NCBI RefSeq assembly: GCF_044324785.1
Contig: NZ_CP172129.1
Length of the DNA stretch: 64,000 bases
From: Escherichia coli
GTDB taxonomy: Bacteria; Pseudomonadota; Gammaproteobacteria; Enterobacterales; Enterobacteriaceae
Direction: 5' to 3' (one strand)
Shown here: positions 1 to 9,798 of the stretch, one piece after another
How the letters are laid out: each line of letters opens with the position of its first letter
How positions within the stretch are numbered: the stretch's first letter is position 1
Notes under the pieces: model-generated
What the model was told of the DNA's origin: nothing
What the model saw: the letters and a program-made list of their open reading frames with translations, nothing else
Databases searched by the model: none
Position numbers and translations under genes: made by a program

Positions 1-114
1 CATCAGCTTACGCGCCTGCGCAATGGCTGCGTCTGGCGCCAGATACCGGCCTCCATCGGAGAAACTGTCCGAGGTTATGTTGACGATGCCGAAAATGATG
101 AGCGATTTATTCAT
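1..114 (-). CDS. sul2: Sulfonamide-resistant dihydropteroate synthase Sul2, 5' end only (gene continues beyond window start)
   Basis: Reverse-strand translation from 114 gives MNKSLIIFGIVNITSDSFSDGGRYLAPDAAIAQARKLM, recognised as the Sul2 N-terminus. It lies downstream of repC, as in RSF1010. Confidence 0.85.
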   Translation of the reverse strand, partial: MNKSLIIFGIVNITSDSFSDGGRYLAPDAAIAQARKLM

Positions 115-421
115 GGGGGCTTCTATAATAATAATAATCGAGCATGAGTCTCATACGGATGCTCGGGTCGAAAGGGAATCCCCAGGCGAGTAACCTGTTT
201 GCGGTGATCCATTAGCTGCAGGAGCAGAATAGCATACATCTGGAAGCAAAGCCAGGAAAGCGGCCTATGGAGCTGTGCGGCAGCGCTCAGTAGGCAATTT
301 TTCAAAATATTGTTAAGCCTTTTCTGAGCATGGTATTTTTCATGGTATTACCAATTAGCAGGAAAATAAGTCATTGAATATAAAAGATAAAAATGTCTTG
401 TTTACAATAGAGTGGGGGGGG

Positions 422-1273
422 TCAGCCTGCCGCCTTGGGCCGGGTGATGTCGTACTTGCCCGCCGCGAACTCGGTTACCGTCCAGCCCAGCGCGACCAGC
501 TCCGGCAACGCCTCGCGCACCCGCTGGCGGCGCTTGCGCATGGTCGAACCACTGGCCTCTGACGGCCAGACATAGCCGCACAAGGTATCTATGGAAGCCT
601 TGCCGGTTTTGCCGGGGTCGATCCAGCCACACAGCCGCTGGTGCAGCAGGCGGGCGGTTTCGCTGTCCAGCGCCCGCACCTCGTCCATGCTGATGCGCAC
701 ATGCTGGCCGCCACCCATGACGGCCTGCGCGATCAAGGGGTTCAGGGCCACGTACAGGCGCCCGTCCGCCTCGTCGCTGGCGTACTCCGACAGCAGCCGA
801 AACCCCTGCCGCTTGCGGCCATTCTGGGCGATGATGGATACCTTCCAAAGGCGCTCGATGCAGTCCTGTATGTGCTTGAGCGCCCCACCACTATCGACCT
901 CTGCCCCGATTTCCTTTGCCAGCGCCCGATAGCTACCTTTGACCACCATGGCATCAGCGGTGACGGCCTCCCACTTGGGTTCCAGGAACAGCCGGAGCTG
1001 CCGTCCGCCTTCGGTCTTGGGTTCCGGGCCAAGCACTAGGCCATTAGGCCCAGCCATGGCCACCAGCCCTTGCAGGATGCGCAGATCATCAGCGCCCAGC
1101 GGCTCCGGGCCGCTGAACTCGATCCGCTTGCCGTCGCCGTAGTCATACGTCACGTCCAGCTTGCTGCGCTTGCGCTCGCCCCGCTTGAGGGCACGGAACA
1201 GGCCGGGGGCCAGACAGTGCGCCGGGTCGTGCCGGACGTGGCTGAGGCTGTGCTTGTTCTTAGGCTTCACCAC
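422..1273 (-). CDS. repC: RSF1010/IncQ replication initiator RepC (283 aa, GTG start inside the 316-aa track ORF)
   Basis: The ORF 422..1372 contains VKPKNKHSLSHVRHDPAHCLAPGLFRALKRGERKRSKLDVTYDYGDGKRIEFSG...ITRPKAAG, recognised as RSF1010 RepC. It overlaps the repA stop by 14 nt, as in RSF1010. Confidence 0.9.
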   Translation of the reverse strand: MVKPKNKHSLSHVRHDPAHCLAPGLFRALKRGERKRSKLDVTYDYGDGKRIEFSGPEPLGADDLRILQGLVAMAGPNGLVLGPEPKTEGGRQLRLFLEPKWEAVTADAMVVKGSYRALAKEIGAEVDSGGALKHIQDCIERLWKVSIIAQNGRKRQGFRLLSEYASDEADGRLYVALNPLIAQAVMGGGQHVRISMDEVRALDSETARLLHQRLCGWIDPGKTGKASIDTLCGYVWPSEASGSTMRKRRQRVREALPELVALGWTVTEFAAGKYDITRPKAAG

Positions 1274-1976
1274 GGGGCACCCCCTTGCTCTTGCGCTGCC
1301 TCTCCAGCACGGCGGGCTTGAGCACCCCGCCGTCATGCCGCCTGAACCACCGATCAGCGAACGGTGCGCCATAGTTGGCCTTGCTCACACCGAAGCGGAC
1401 GAAGAACCGGCGCTGGTCGTCGTCCACACCCCATTCCTCGGCCTCGGCGCTGGTCATGCTCGACAGGTAGGACTGCCAGCGGATGTTATCGACCAGTACC
1501 GAGCTGCCCCGGCTGGCCTGCTGCTGGTCGCCTGCGCCCATCATGGCCGCGCCCTTGCTGGCATGGTGCAGGAACACGATAGAGCACCCGGTATCGGCGG
1601 CGATGGCCTCCATGCGACCGATGACCTGGGCCATGGGGCCGCTGGCGTTTTCTTCCTCGATGTGGAACCGGCGCAGCGTGTCCAGCACCATCAGGCGGCG
1701 GCCCTCGGCGGCGCGCTTGAGGCCGTCGAACCACTCCGGGGCCATGATGTTGGGCAGGCTGCCGATCAGCGGCTGGATCAGCAGGCCGTCAGCCACGGCT
1801 TGCCGTTCCTCGGCGCTGAGGTGCGCCCCAAGGGCGTGCAGGCGGTGATGAATGGCGGTGGGCGGGTCTTCGGCGGGCAGGTAGATCACCGGGCCGGTGG
1901 GCAGTTCGCCCACCTCCAGCAGATCCGGCCCGCCTGCAATCTGTGCGGCCAGTTGCAGGGCCAGCATGGATTTACC
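1260..1976 (-). pseudogene. repA: RSF1010 RepA helicase, 5'-truncated by IS26 (N-terminal ~40 codons missing)
   Basis: The reading frame ...GKSMLALQLAAQIAGGPDLLEVGELPTGPVIYLPAEDPP...GVPRGEA matches remembered RSF1010 RepA from its Walker A motif onward. The frame abuts the IS26 terminal repeat at 1977. Confidence 0.85.
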
Positions 1977-2796
1977 GGCACTGTTGCAAAGTTAGCGATG
2001 AGGCAGCCTTTTGTCTTATTCAAAGGCCTTACATTTCAAAAACTCTGCTTACCAGGCGCATTTCGCCCAGGGGATCACCATAATAAAATGCTGAGGCCTG
2101 GCCTTTGCGTAGTGCACGCATCACCTCAATACCTTTGATGGTGGCGTAAGCCGTCTTCATGGATTTAAATCCCAGCGTGGCGCCGATTATCCGTTTCAGT
2201 TTGCCATGATCGCATTCAATCACGTTGTTCCGGTACTTAATCTGTCGGTGTTCAACGTCAGACGGGCACCGGCCTTCGCGTTTGAGCAGAGCAAGCGCGC
2301 GACCATAGGCGGGCGCTTTATCCGTGTTGATGAATCGCGGGATCTGCCACTTCTTCACGTTGTTGAGGATTTTACCCAGAAACCGGTATGCAGCTTTGCT
2401 GTTACGACGGGAGGAGAGATAAAAATCGACAGTGCGGCCCCGGCTGTCGACGGCCCGGTACAGATACGCCCAGCGGCCATTGACCTTCACGTAGGTTTCA
2501 TCCATGTGCCACGGGCAAAGATCGGAAGGGTTACGCCAGTACCAGCGCAGCCGTTTTTCCATTTCAGGCGCATAACGCTGAACCCAGCGGTAAATCGTGG
2601 AGTGATCGACATTCACTCCGCGTTCAGCCAGCATCTCCTGCAGCTCACGGTAACTGATGCCGTATTTGCAGTACCAGCGTACGGCCCACAGAATGATGTC
2701 ACGCTGAAAATGCCGGCCTTTGAATGGGTTCATGTGCAGCTCCATCAGCAAAAGGGGATGATAAGTTTATCACCACCGACTATTTGCAACAGTGCC
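1977..2796 (-). mobile_element. IS26 (820 bp) with 14-bp terminal inverted repeats GGCACTGTTGCAAA
   Basis: GGCACTGTTGCAAA at 1977-1990 and its reverse complement at 2783-2796. The length is exactly 820 bp and the internal Tnp26 ORF is present. The flanking 8 bp differ (gatttacc vs gttttcga). Confidence 0.97.
2029..2733 (-). CDS. tnpA: IS26 transposase Tnp26 (234 aa)
   Basis: MNPFKGRHFQRDIILWAVRWYCKYGISYRELQEMLAERGVNVDHSTIYRWVQRYAPEMEKRLRWYW... recognised as Tnp26. The track ORF adds 6 upstream codons. Confidence 0.96.
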   Translation of the reverse strand: MNPFKGRHFQRDIILWAVRWYCKYGISYRELQEMLAERGVNVDHSTIYRWVQRYAPEMEKRLRWYWRNPSDLCPWHMDETYVKVNGRWAYLYRAVDSRGRTVDFYLSSRRNSKAAYRFLGKILNNVKKWQIPRFINTDKAPAYGRALALLKREGRCPSDVEHRQIKYRNNVIECDHGKLKRIIGATLGFKSMKTAYATIKGIEVMRALRKGQASAFYYGDPLGEMRLVSRVFEM

Positions 2797-3893
2797 GTTT
2801 TCGACGCCAGTGGCACCAACAATGCGCACAGCCCATAGCCAAGTGTGTGACTGGCCGCAAGCCAGCCCGCGCCTGCGCCGTCGGCCAGCTTATCATTCAG
2901 TAAAAGTTGATAAGCGGGTGTTGCCAGAGCGGCCCCAAATGACAGCACTGCACAGCCCAGGTAAAACAACCATAGCTGTTCAGTGAGCATGATAGCCAGA
3001 CCACTACTCATCAACACCCCGGCACTCAGGAGCAGAGCCACTGGAGTCAGGCGCTGTGGACGGAGTACCACGAACTGCGCGATAAGCGCAGCTATTGCGG
3101 ACAGCCCCAACAACCACGCCACCTGTTGGCTAATAGTGGTGGTATCAGTATCGAACTGGCGAGTAAGGGCTGGCGAAAGTCCAAGCTGCATCATGCTCAT
3201 TGCCGCAGCCAGTAACATTGCGCAAAGCAGATAAGGCAGGCAATCCCGCTTCAGGCTGACGCTCTTGCGCTCCGGTGTGGGCTGTGGTGGTGTGCCGGGC
3301 AACCGCAGAAGCATCACCACAGCCCACACCGGAGCTGCCATCAGCATCCACACTGGCGCCAGAGGGTGAATGACCAACATTGCCGCCGCGCACAGCGGCC
3401 CGAATAGCCTGCCGCAGCTCAGGCCGGAGCTGATGGTTGCCAGAGCGGCCATGCGATTCCCTTCTCCCGCTCTCTGCAATGCCCAGACCTGACAGGCTGG
3501 CACCATTGCTGACACGGTCAGACCGTAGACGATCCGGGCGATGATTAATATTCCCAACCCCACCGCTGTTGTTACGGCACCGGTAGCCATCAGCACGCTT
3601 CCCAGCCCAAGCAGGGTAAAGCTTACGCCATATCCTCCCAGAGCCCACAGCACCACAGTCTTACTGCCAGTAAGGGAAATTTGCTTTCCCCACCATGGGG
3701 AAGATGGCAGAAACAGCATTGAGCCCAGCATCAGCAGGGCAGCCCATACAGACAGACTCAGATTTGTCTGTATGACCAGAACAGGGAGTACAACCAGCAG
3801 ACCGTTCTGTCCGATACCGAGAAGACCGGCACTGAACGCCAGTGGCCAGCAGGACAGGGTTTTTTGGGGCGTATCTTCGATCTTAGATGACAT
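2797..3893 (-). pseudogene. shiF: MFS transporter ShiF (aerobactin-locus associated), 3' end removed by IS26
   Basis: 382-aa multi-TM ORF divergent from iucA. Its last ~16 codons (ALLQIVGGDKLIIPFC) are read from IS26 sequence, so the native C-terminus is missing. The shiF name comes from remembered SHI-2/ColV context. Confidence 0.7.
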
Positions 3894-3965
3894 TGTAATG
3901 TTTCAACACCATGTATTAATTGTGTTTATTTGTAAAATTAATTTTTCTGACAATAACATTTCTCA

Positions 3966-4004
3966 TTGATAATGAGAATCATTATTGACATAATTGTTAT
4001 TATT
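3966..4004 (+). promoter_or_regulatory. Aerobactin P1 promoter with overlapping Fur boxes
   Basis: TTGATA (3966-3971), a 17-nt spacer, then CATAAT (3989-3994). GATAATGAGAATCATTATT at 3968-3986 matches the classical Fur box. A second AT-rich Fur-protected stretch follows, to 4004. Confidence 0.9.
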
Positions 4005-4028
4005 TTACTGTGTAGGAGCTGTTTGATT

Positions 4029-5753
4029 ATGATCCTGCCCTCTGAAAAATCCGCCACAGATGTGGCTGCGCAGTGCTTCCTGAATGCCTTGATTCGTGAA
4101 ACCAAAGACTGGCAACTGGCGGAATACCCGCCAGACGAATTGATTATCCCGCTGGACGAACAGAAGTCGCTCCATTTCAGAGTGGCTTATTTCTCCCCAA
4201 CCCAGCATCACCGCTTTGCATTTCCTGCTCATCTGGTCACGGCATCAGGCAGTTATCCTGTCGACTTTACCACTCTCTCCCGGCTTATTATTGATAAGCT
4301 CCGGCATCAACTTTTTCTGCCAGTTCCCCTCTGCGAAACTTTCCACCAACGCGTGCTGGAAAGCTACGCCCATACGCAACAGACAATTGATGCCCGCCAT
4401 GACTGGGCCATCCTGCGTGAAAAAGCGTTGAATTTTGGCGAGGCTGAGCAGGCACTGCTGACAGGACACGCTTTCCACCCTGCACCTAAGTCTCATGAAC
4501 CGTTTAACCGCCAGGAAGCTGAACGATACCTGCCTGACATGGCACCTCACTTCCCGCTGCGGTGGTTTTCGGTGGATAAAACGCAAATCGCTGGTGAAAG
4601 TCTGCATCTTAACCTTCAACAGCGGTTGACGCGATTTGCCGCAGAAAATGCGCCCCAGTTACTCAACGAATTAAGTGACAATCAATGGCTGTTCCCGCTG
4701 CACCCGTGGCAGGGAGAATATCTTTTGCAGCAAGTGTGGTGCCAGGCACTTTTTGCTAAAGGACTTATCAGAGACTTAGGCGAGGCCGGCACGTCGTGGC
4801 TGCCGACCACCTCTTCCCGCTCCCTCTACTGTGCTACCAGCCGCGATATGATCAAGTTCTCCCTGAGCGTTCGGCTGACCAACTCCGTCCGTACTCTGTC
4901 TGTGAAAGAGGTGGAGCGAGGAATGCGCCTGGCACGTCTGGCGCAAACCGACGGCTGGCAGATGCTACAGGCCCGCTTCCCTACTTTCCGGGTAATGCAG
5001 GAGGACGGCTGGGCCGGGCTGCGCGATCTTAACGGCAACATCATGCAGGAAAGTTTGTTTTCCCTGCGTGAAAACCTGCTGCTGGAGCAGCCGCAAAGCC
5101 AGACCAACGTTCTGGTTTCCCTGACTCAGGCCGCACCGGATGGCGGTGATTCGCTGCTGGTTTCGGCGGTAAAACGCCTGAGCGATCGCCTCGGTATCAC
5201 TGTGCAACAGGCCGCCCACGCATGGGTCGATGCTTACTGTCAGCAGGTGCTGAAGCCTCTGTTTACGGCTGAAGCGGATTACGGCCTGGTGCTGCTGGCG
5301 CATCAGCAAAATATTCTTGTGCAGATGCTTGGGGATCTGCCGGTCGGATTTATTTACCGTGACTGCCAGGGCAGCGCGTTTATGCCTCACGCGACAGAGT
5401 GGCTCGATACCATTGACGAGGCGCAGGCGGAAAATATTTTCACCCGTGAGCAGTTGCTGCGCTATTTCCCTTATTACCTGCTGGTTAACTCCACTTTTGC
5501 CGTAACTGCTGCGCTGGGTGCTGCCGGGCTGGACAGCGAAGCGAATCTGATGGCTCGTGTACGAACATTGCTGGCTGAAGTGCGTGACCAGGTGACTCAT
5601 AAAACCTGTCTCAACTATGTTCTGGAAAGTCCGTACTGGAACGTAAAAGGTAACTTTTTCTGTTATCTGAACGATCATAACGAGAACACCATCGTTGACC
5701 CTTCGGTGATCTATTTTGATTTCGCTAACCCGCTGCAGGCTCAGGAGGTCTGA
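4029..5753 (+). CDS. iucA: Aerobactin synthetase IucA (574 aa)
   Basis: MILPSEKSATDVAAQCFLNALIRETKDWQL... with IucA/IucC-family length and context. The ATG at 4029 has AGGAG upstream. The track start at 3966 lies inside the Fur box and promoter. Confidence 0.95.
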   Translation: MILPSEKSATDVAAQCFLNALIRETKDWQLAEYPPDELIIPLDEQKSLHFRVAYFSPTQHHRFAFPAHLVTASGSYPVDFTTLSRLIIDKLRHQLFLPVPLCETFHQRVLESYAHTQQTIDARHDWAILREKALNFGEAEQALLTGHAFHPAPKSHEPFNRQEAERYLPDMAPHFPLRWFSVDKTQIAGESLHLNLQQRLTRFAAENAPQLLNELSDNQWLFPLHPWQGEYLLQQVWCQALFAKGLIRDLGEAGTSWLPTTSSRSLYCATSRDMIKFSLSVRLTNSVRTLSVKEVERGMRLARLAQTDGWQMLQARFPTFRVMQEDGWAGLRDLNGNIMQESLFSLRENLLLEQPQSQTNVLVSLTQAAPDGGDSLLVSAVKRLSDRLGITVQQAAHAWVDAYCQQVLKPLFTAEADYGLVLLAHQQNILVQMLGDLPVGFIYRDCQGSAFMPHATEWLDTIDEAQAENIFTREQLLRYFPYYLLVNSTFAVTAALGAAGLDSEANLMARVRTLLAEVRDQVTHKTCLNYVLESPYWNVKGNFFCYLNDHNENTIVDPSVIYFDFANPLQAQEV

Positions 5754-6701
5754 ATGTCTGGGGCAAACATTGTTCACAGCGGATATGGACTGCGCTGTGA
5801 AAAACTCGACAAGCCTCTGAATCTTGGCTGGGGGCTGGACAATAGCGCGGTGTTGCACTGGCCCGGGGAGCTGCCAACAGGGTGGCTGTGCGACGCGCTG
5901 GATCAGATATTTATCGCCGCACCACAACTTTCAGCAGTGGTTCTTCCCTGGTCCGAATGGTGTGAGGAGCCACAGGCGCTGACGCTTTTCGGACAGGTAC
6001 AAAGCGACATTATCCATCGTTCCGCTTTCTGGCAGTTACCGTTATGGCTGAGTTCTCCGGCAAACCGGGCCTCCGGTGAAATGGTTTTTGATGCAGAGCG
6101 TGAGATTTATTTCCCGCAGCGCCCCCCCCGTCCGCAGGGTGAAGTTTATCGTCGTTACGATCCACGCATTCGCAGGATGCTGAGTTTCCGCATTGCCGAT
6201 CCCGTTTCTGATGCAGAACGTTTCACTCGCTGGATGAACGATCCGCGCGTTGAGTATTTCTGGGAGCAAAGTGGCTCACTGGAGGTACAGATCGCCTATC
6301 TGGAACGCCAGCTCACCAGTAAACATGCATTCCCGCTGATTGGTTGTTTCGACGATCGGCCGTTCAGTTATTTCGAAATCTACTGGGCGGCGGAAGACCG
6401 CATTGGTCGCCACTATTCGTGGCAGCCCTTTGACCGTGGCCTGCATCTGCTGGTTGGTGAACAGCAATGGCGCGGAGCCCACTATGTGCAAAGCTGGCTG
6501 CGCGGGGTGACACATTACCTGCTGCTGAATGAGCCACGTACGCAGCGCACAGTACTGGAGCCACGCATCGATAACCAGCGCCTGTTCCGCCATCTTGAGC
6601 CTGCGGGATACCGGACAATTAAAGAGTTCGACTTCCCACATAAACGCTCGCGCATGGTGATGGCGGATCGTCATCACTTCTTCACGGAGGTCGGTCTGTA
6701 A
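5754..6701 (+). CDS. iucB: N6-hydroxylysine O-acetyltransferase IucB
   Basis: 315 aa, starting immediately after the iucA stop. Second gene of the iuc operon. Confidence 0.95.
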   Translation: MSGANIVHSGYGLRCEKLDKPLNLGWGLDNSAVLHWPGELPTGWLCDALDQIFIAAPQLSAVVLPWSEWCEEPQALTLFGQVQSDIIHRSAFWQLPLWLSSPANRASGEMVFDAEREIYFPQRPPRPQGEVYRRYDPRIRRMLSFRIADPVSDAERFTRWMNDPRVEYFWEQSGSLEVQIAYLERQLTSKHAFPLIGCFDDRPFSYFEIYWAAEDRIGRHYSWQPFDRGLHLLVGEQQWRGAHYVQSWLRGVTHYLLLNEPRTQRTVLEPRIDNQRLFRHLEPAGYRTIKEFDFPHKRSRMVMADRHHFFTEVGL

Positions 6702-8443
6702 TGAATCACAAAGACTGGGATTTGGTCAACCGCCGCCTGGTGGCAAAAATGTTGTCTGAGCTGGAGTATGAGCAGGTTTTCCACGCGGAATCTCAGGGCG
6801 ATGACCGCTACTGCATTAACCTGCCGGGAGCACAATGGCGCTTCATCGCTGAACGTGGTATCTGGGGCTGGCTCTGGATTGATGCTCAAACTCTGCGCTG
6901 CGCGGACGAGCCAGTACTGGCTCAGACGCTGCTGATGCAGCTAAAGCAGGTACTGTCAATGAGCGATGCAACCGTTGCTGAGCATATGCAGGATTTGTAT
7001 GCCACGCTGCTGGGCGACCTGCAACTACTGAAAGCCCGTCGCGGGCTGAGCGCCAGTGACCTGATTAATCTTAATGCCGACCGCCTGCAATGCCTGCTGA
7101 GCGGTCATCCTAAATTCGTTTTTAATAAAGGTCGCCGTGGCTGGGGTAAAGAGGCGCTGGAACGATATGCGCCAGAGTATGCCAACACCTTCAGACTGCA
7201 CTGGCTGGCGGTAAAACGTGAACATATGATCTGGCGCTGTGATAACGAGATGGATATTCATCAGTTGTTGACGGCCGCAATGGATCCGCAGGAGTTTGCC
7301 CGCTTCAGTCAGGTCTGGCAGGAAAACGGACTGGATCATAACTGGCTGCCGCTGCCGGTACATCCGTGGCAGTGGCAGCAAAAAATCGCTACCGACTTCA
7401 TCGCTGATTTTGCCGAAGGCAGGATGGTGTCTCTCGGCGAGTTTGGCGACCAGTGGCTCGCCCAGCAGTCGCTGCGTACCCTGACCAACGCCAGTCGCCG
7501 GGGCGGGCTGGATATCAAGCTGCCGCTGACCATCTACAACACCTCATGCTACCGGGGGATCCCTGGCAGATACATCGCTGCCGGACCACTGGCTTCACGC
7601 TGGCTACAACAGGTTTTTGCGACCGACGCCACCCTAGTGCAAAGCGGCGCAGTGATACTTGGTGAACCGGCTGCAGGCTATGTCTCCCATGAAGGCTATG
7701 CCGCGCTTGCCTGGGCTCCCTATCGCTACCAGGAAATGCTTGGTGTTATCTGGCGGGAGAATCCGTGCCGCTGGCTGAAACCGGATGAAAGTCCGGTTCT
7801 GATGGCAACACTGATGGAGTGCGACGAAAACAATCAGCCGCTGGCAGGCGCATATATAGACCGCTCCGGGCTGGACGCTGAAACCTGGCTTACGCAACTG
7901 TTCCGGGTGGTCGTGGTTCCTCTGTATCACCTGCTTTGCCGCTACGGTGTCGCGCTTATTGCACATGGACAAAATATAACTCTCGCCATGAAAGAGGGGG
8001 TTCCACAGCGTGTTCTGCTGAAAGACTTCCAGGGCGATATGCGACTGGTGAAAGAAGAGTTCCCCGAAATGGACTCTTTGCCTCAGGAGGTTCGTGATGT
8101 TACATCCCGCCTGAGTGCGGACTACTTAATCCATGATTTGCAGACGGGTCACTTCGTGACAGTACTGCGTTTTATTTCGCCACTGATGGTTCGTCTTGGC
8201 GTACCTGAAAGGCGATTTTATCAACTGCTGGCAGCAGTGTTGAGTGATTACATGAAAAAACATCCACAAATGTCAGAGCGTTTTGCGCTTTTCTCACTTT
8301 TCAGGCCACAAATCATTCGCGTGGTGCTGAACCCGGTAAAACTGACCTGGCCTGATCTGGATGGCGGCAGCCGCATGCTGCCGAATTACCTTGAGGATCT
8401 GCAAAATCCGCTGTGGCTGGTAACTCAGGAATATGAATCATGA
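6701..8443 (+). CDS. iucC: Aerobactin synthetase IucC
   Basis: 580 aa IucA/IucC-family paralogue. Its start overlaps the iucB stop. Confidence 0.95.
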   Translation: MNHKDWDLVNRRLVAKMLSELEYEQVFHAESQGDDRYCINLPGAQWRFIAERGIWGWLWIDAQTLRCADEPVLAQTLLMQLKQVLSMSDATVAEHMQDLYATLLGDLQLLKARRGLSASDLINLNADRLQCLLSGHPKFVFNKGRRGWGKEALERYAPEYANTFRLHWLAVKREHMIWRCDNEMDIHQLLTAAMDPQEFARFSQVWQENGLDHNWLPLPVHPWQWQQKIATDFIADFAEGRMVSLGEFGDQWLAQQSLRTLTNASRRGGLDIKLPLTIYNTSCYRGIPGRYIAAGPLASRWLQQVFATDATLVQSGAVILGEPAAGYVSHEGYAALAWAPYRYQEMLGVIWRENPCRWLKPDESPVLMATLMECDENNQPLAGAYIDRSGLDAETWLTQLFRVVVVPLYHLLCRYGVALIAHGQNITLAMKEGVPQRVLLKDFQGDMRLVKEEFPEMDSLPQEVRDVTSRLSADYLIHDLQTGHFVTVLRFISPLMVRLGVPERRFYQLLAAVLSDYMKKHPQMSERFALFSLFRPQIIRVVLNPVKLTWPDLDGGSRMLPNYLEDLQNPLWLVTQEYES

Positions 8444-9717
8444 AAAAAAGTGTCGATTTTATTGGTGTAGGGACAGGGCCATTTAATCTCAGCATTGCTG
8501 CGTTGTCACATCAGATCGAAGAACTGGACTGTCTCTTCTTTGATGAACATCCTCATTTTTCCTGGCATCCGGGTATGCTGGTACCGGATTGTCATATGCA
8601 GACCGTCTTTCTGAAAGATCTGGTCAGTGCTGTTGCACCTACAAATCCCTACAGTTTTGTTAACTATCTGGTGAAGCACAAAAAGTTCTATCGCTTCCTT
8701 ACAAGCAGACTACGTACAGTATCCCGTGAAGAGTTTTCTGACTACCTCCGCTGGGCTGCTGAAGATATGAATAACCTGTATTTCAGTCATACCGTTGAAA
8801 ACATTGATTTCGATAAAAAACGTCGATTGTTTCTGGTGCAAACCAGCCAGGGAGAATATTTTGCCCGCAATATCTGCCTTGGTACAGGAAAACAACCTTA
8901 TTTACCACCCTGTGTGAAGCATATGACACAATCCTGTTTCCATGCCAGTGAAATGAATCTTCGTCGGCCGGACCTTAGTGGAAAACGGATAACCGTGGTT
9001 GGTGGAGGACAGAGTGGTGCAGACCTGTTCCTTAATGCATTACGCGGGGAATGGGGAGAAGCGGCGGAAATAAACTGGGTCTCCCGGCGTAATAATTTTA
9101 ACGCACTGGATGAGGCTGCTTTTGCTGATGAGTATTTTACACCTGAATATATTTCAGGCTTCTCCGGACTGGAGGAAGATATTCGCCATCAGTTACTGGA
9201 TGAGCAGAAAATGACATCGGATGGCATCACTGCCGATTCTTTACTGACCATTTATCGTGAGTTGTACCACCGTTTTGAAGTTCTGAGAAAACCAAGAAAT
9301 ATCCGTCTGCTACCCAGCCGCTCGGTAACAACTCTGGAAAGTAGTGGTCCTGGCTGGAAGTTGCTGATGGAGCATCATCTGGATCAGGGCAGGGAGAGCC
9401 TGGAAAGTGATGTGGTGATTTTCGCCACAGGTTACCGTTCTGCGTTGCCACAAATACTTCCCTCACTGATGCCCCTGATCACCATGCACGATAAGAACAC
9501 CTTTAAAGTGCGTGATGACTTCACTCTGGAATGGAGTGGCCCGAAAGAGAACAACATCTTCGTGGTCAACGCCAGTATGCAAACCCATGGCATCGCCGAA
9601 CCCCAGCTCAGCCTGATGGCATGGAGATCTGCACGTATTCTTAATCGCGTAATGGGACGTGATTTATTCGATCTCAGTATGCCGCCCGCCCTGATTCAGT
9701 GGCGCAGCGGCACCTAG
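8440..9717 (+). CDS. iucD: L-lysine N6-monooxygenase IucD
   Basis: 425 aa with an N-terminal dinucleotide-binding GVGTGPFN motif and a second GGGQSG motif. Overlaps the iucC stop by 4 nt. Confidence 0.95.
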   Translation: MKKSVDFIGVGTGPFNLSIAALSHQIEELDCLFFDEHPHFSWHPGMLVPDCHMQTVFLKDLVSAVAPTNPYSFVNYLVKHKKFYRFLTSRLRTVSREEFSDYLRWAAEDMNNLYFSHTVENIDFDKKRRLFLVQTSQGEYFARNICLGTGKQPYLPPCVKHMTQSCFHASEMNLRRPDLSGKRITVVGGGQSGADLFLNALRGEWGEAAEINWVSRRNNFNALDEAAFADEYFTPEYISGFSGLEEDIRHQLLDEQKMTSDGITADSLLTIYRELYHRFEVLRKPRNIRLLPSRSVTTLESSGPGWKLLMEHHLDQGRESLESDVVIFATGYRSALPQILPSLMPLITMHDKNTFKVRDDFTLEWSGPKENNIFVVNASMQTHGIAEPQLSLMAWRSARILNRVMGRDLFDLSMPPALIQWRSGT

Positions 9718-9798
9718 GGAAAACGCAGCCGGAGGCTGCTTCTTTAACTCGCTACACAGCATCTTTGGGCTGATTTTTTCCGCCCGTATGGAGGAATA

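Noticed and set aside
1161-2138. 325-aa plus-strand ORF.
   Set aside because: It is antisense to RSF1010 repC/repA in ~60% GC DNA and runs across the IS26 boundary, so it cannot be a native gene.
3966-4028. Track start of iucA at 3966 (TTG), adding 21 codons.
   Set aside because: This stretch is the Fur box and P1 promoter itself. The ATG at 4029 has an SD and gives the known MILPSEKS... N-terminus.
4965-5927. 320-aa minus-strand ORF.
   Set aside because: It is antisense to iucA/iucB and spans their junction, with no independent support.
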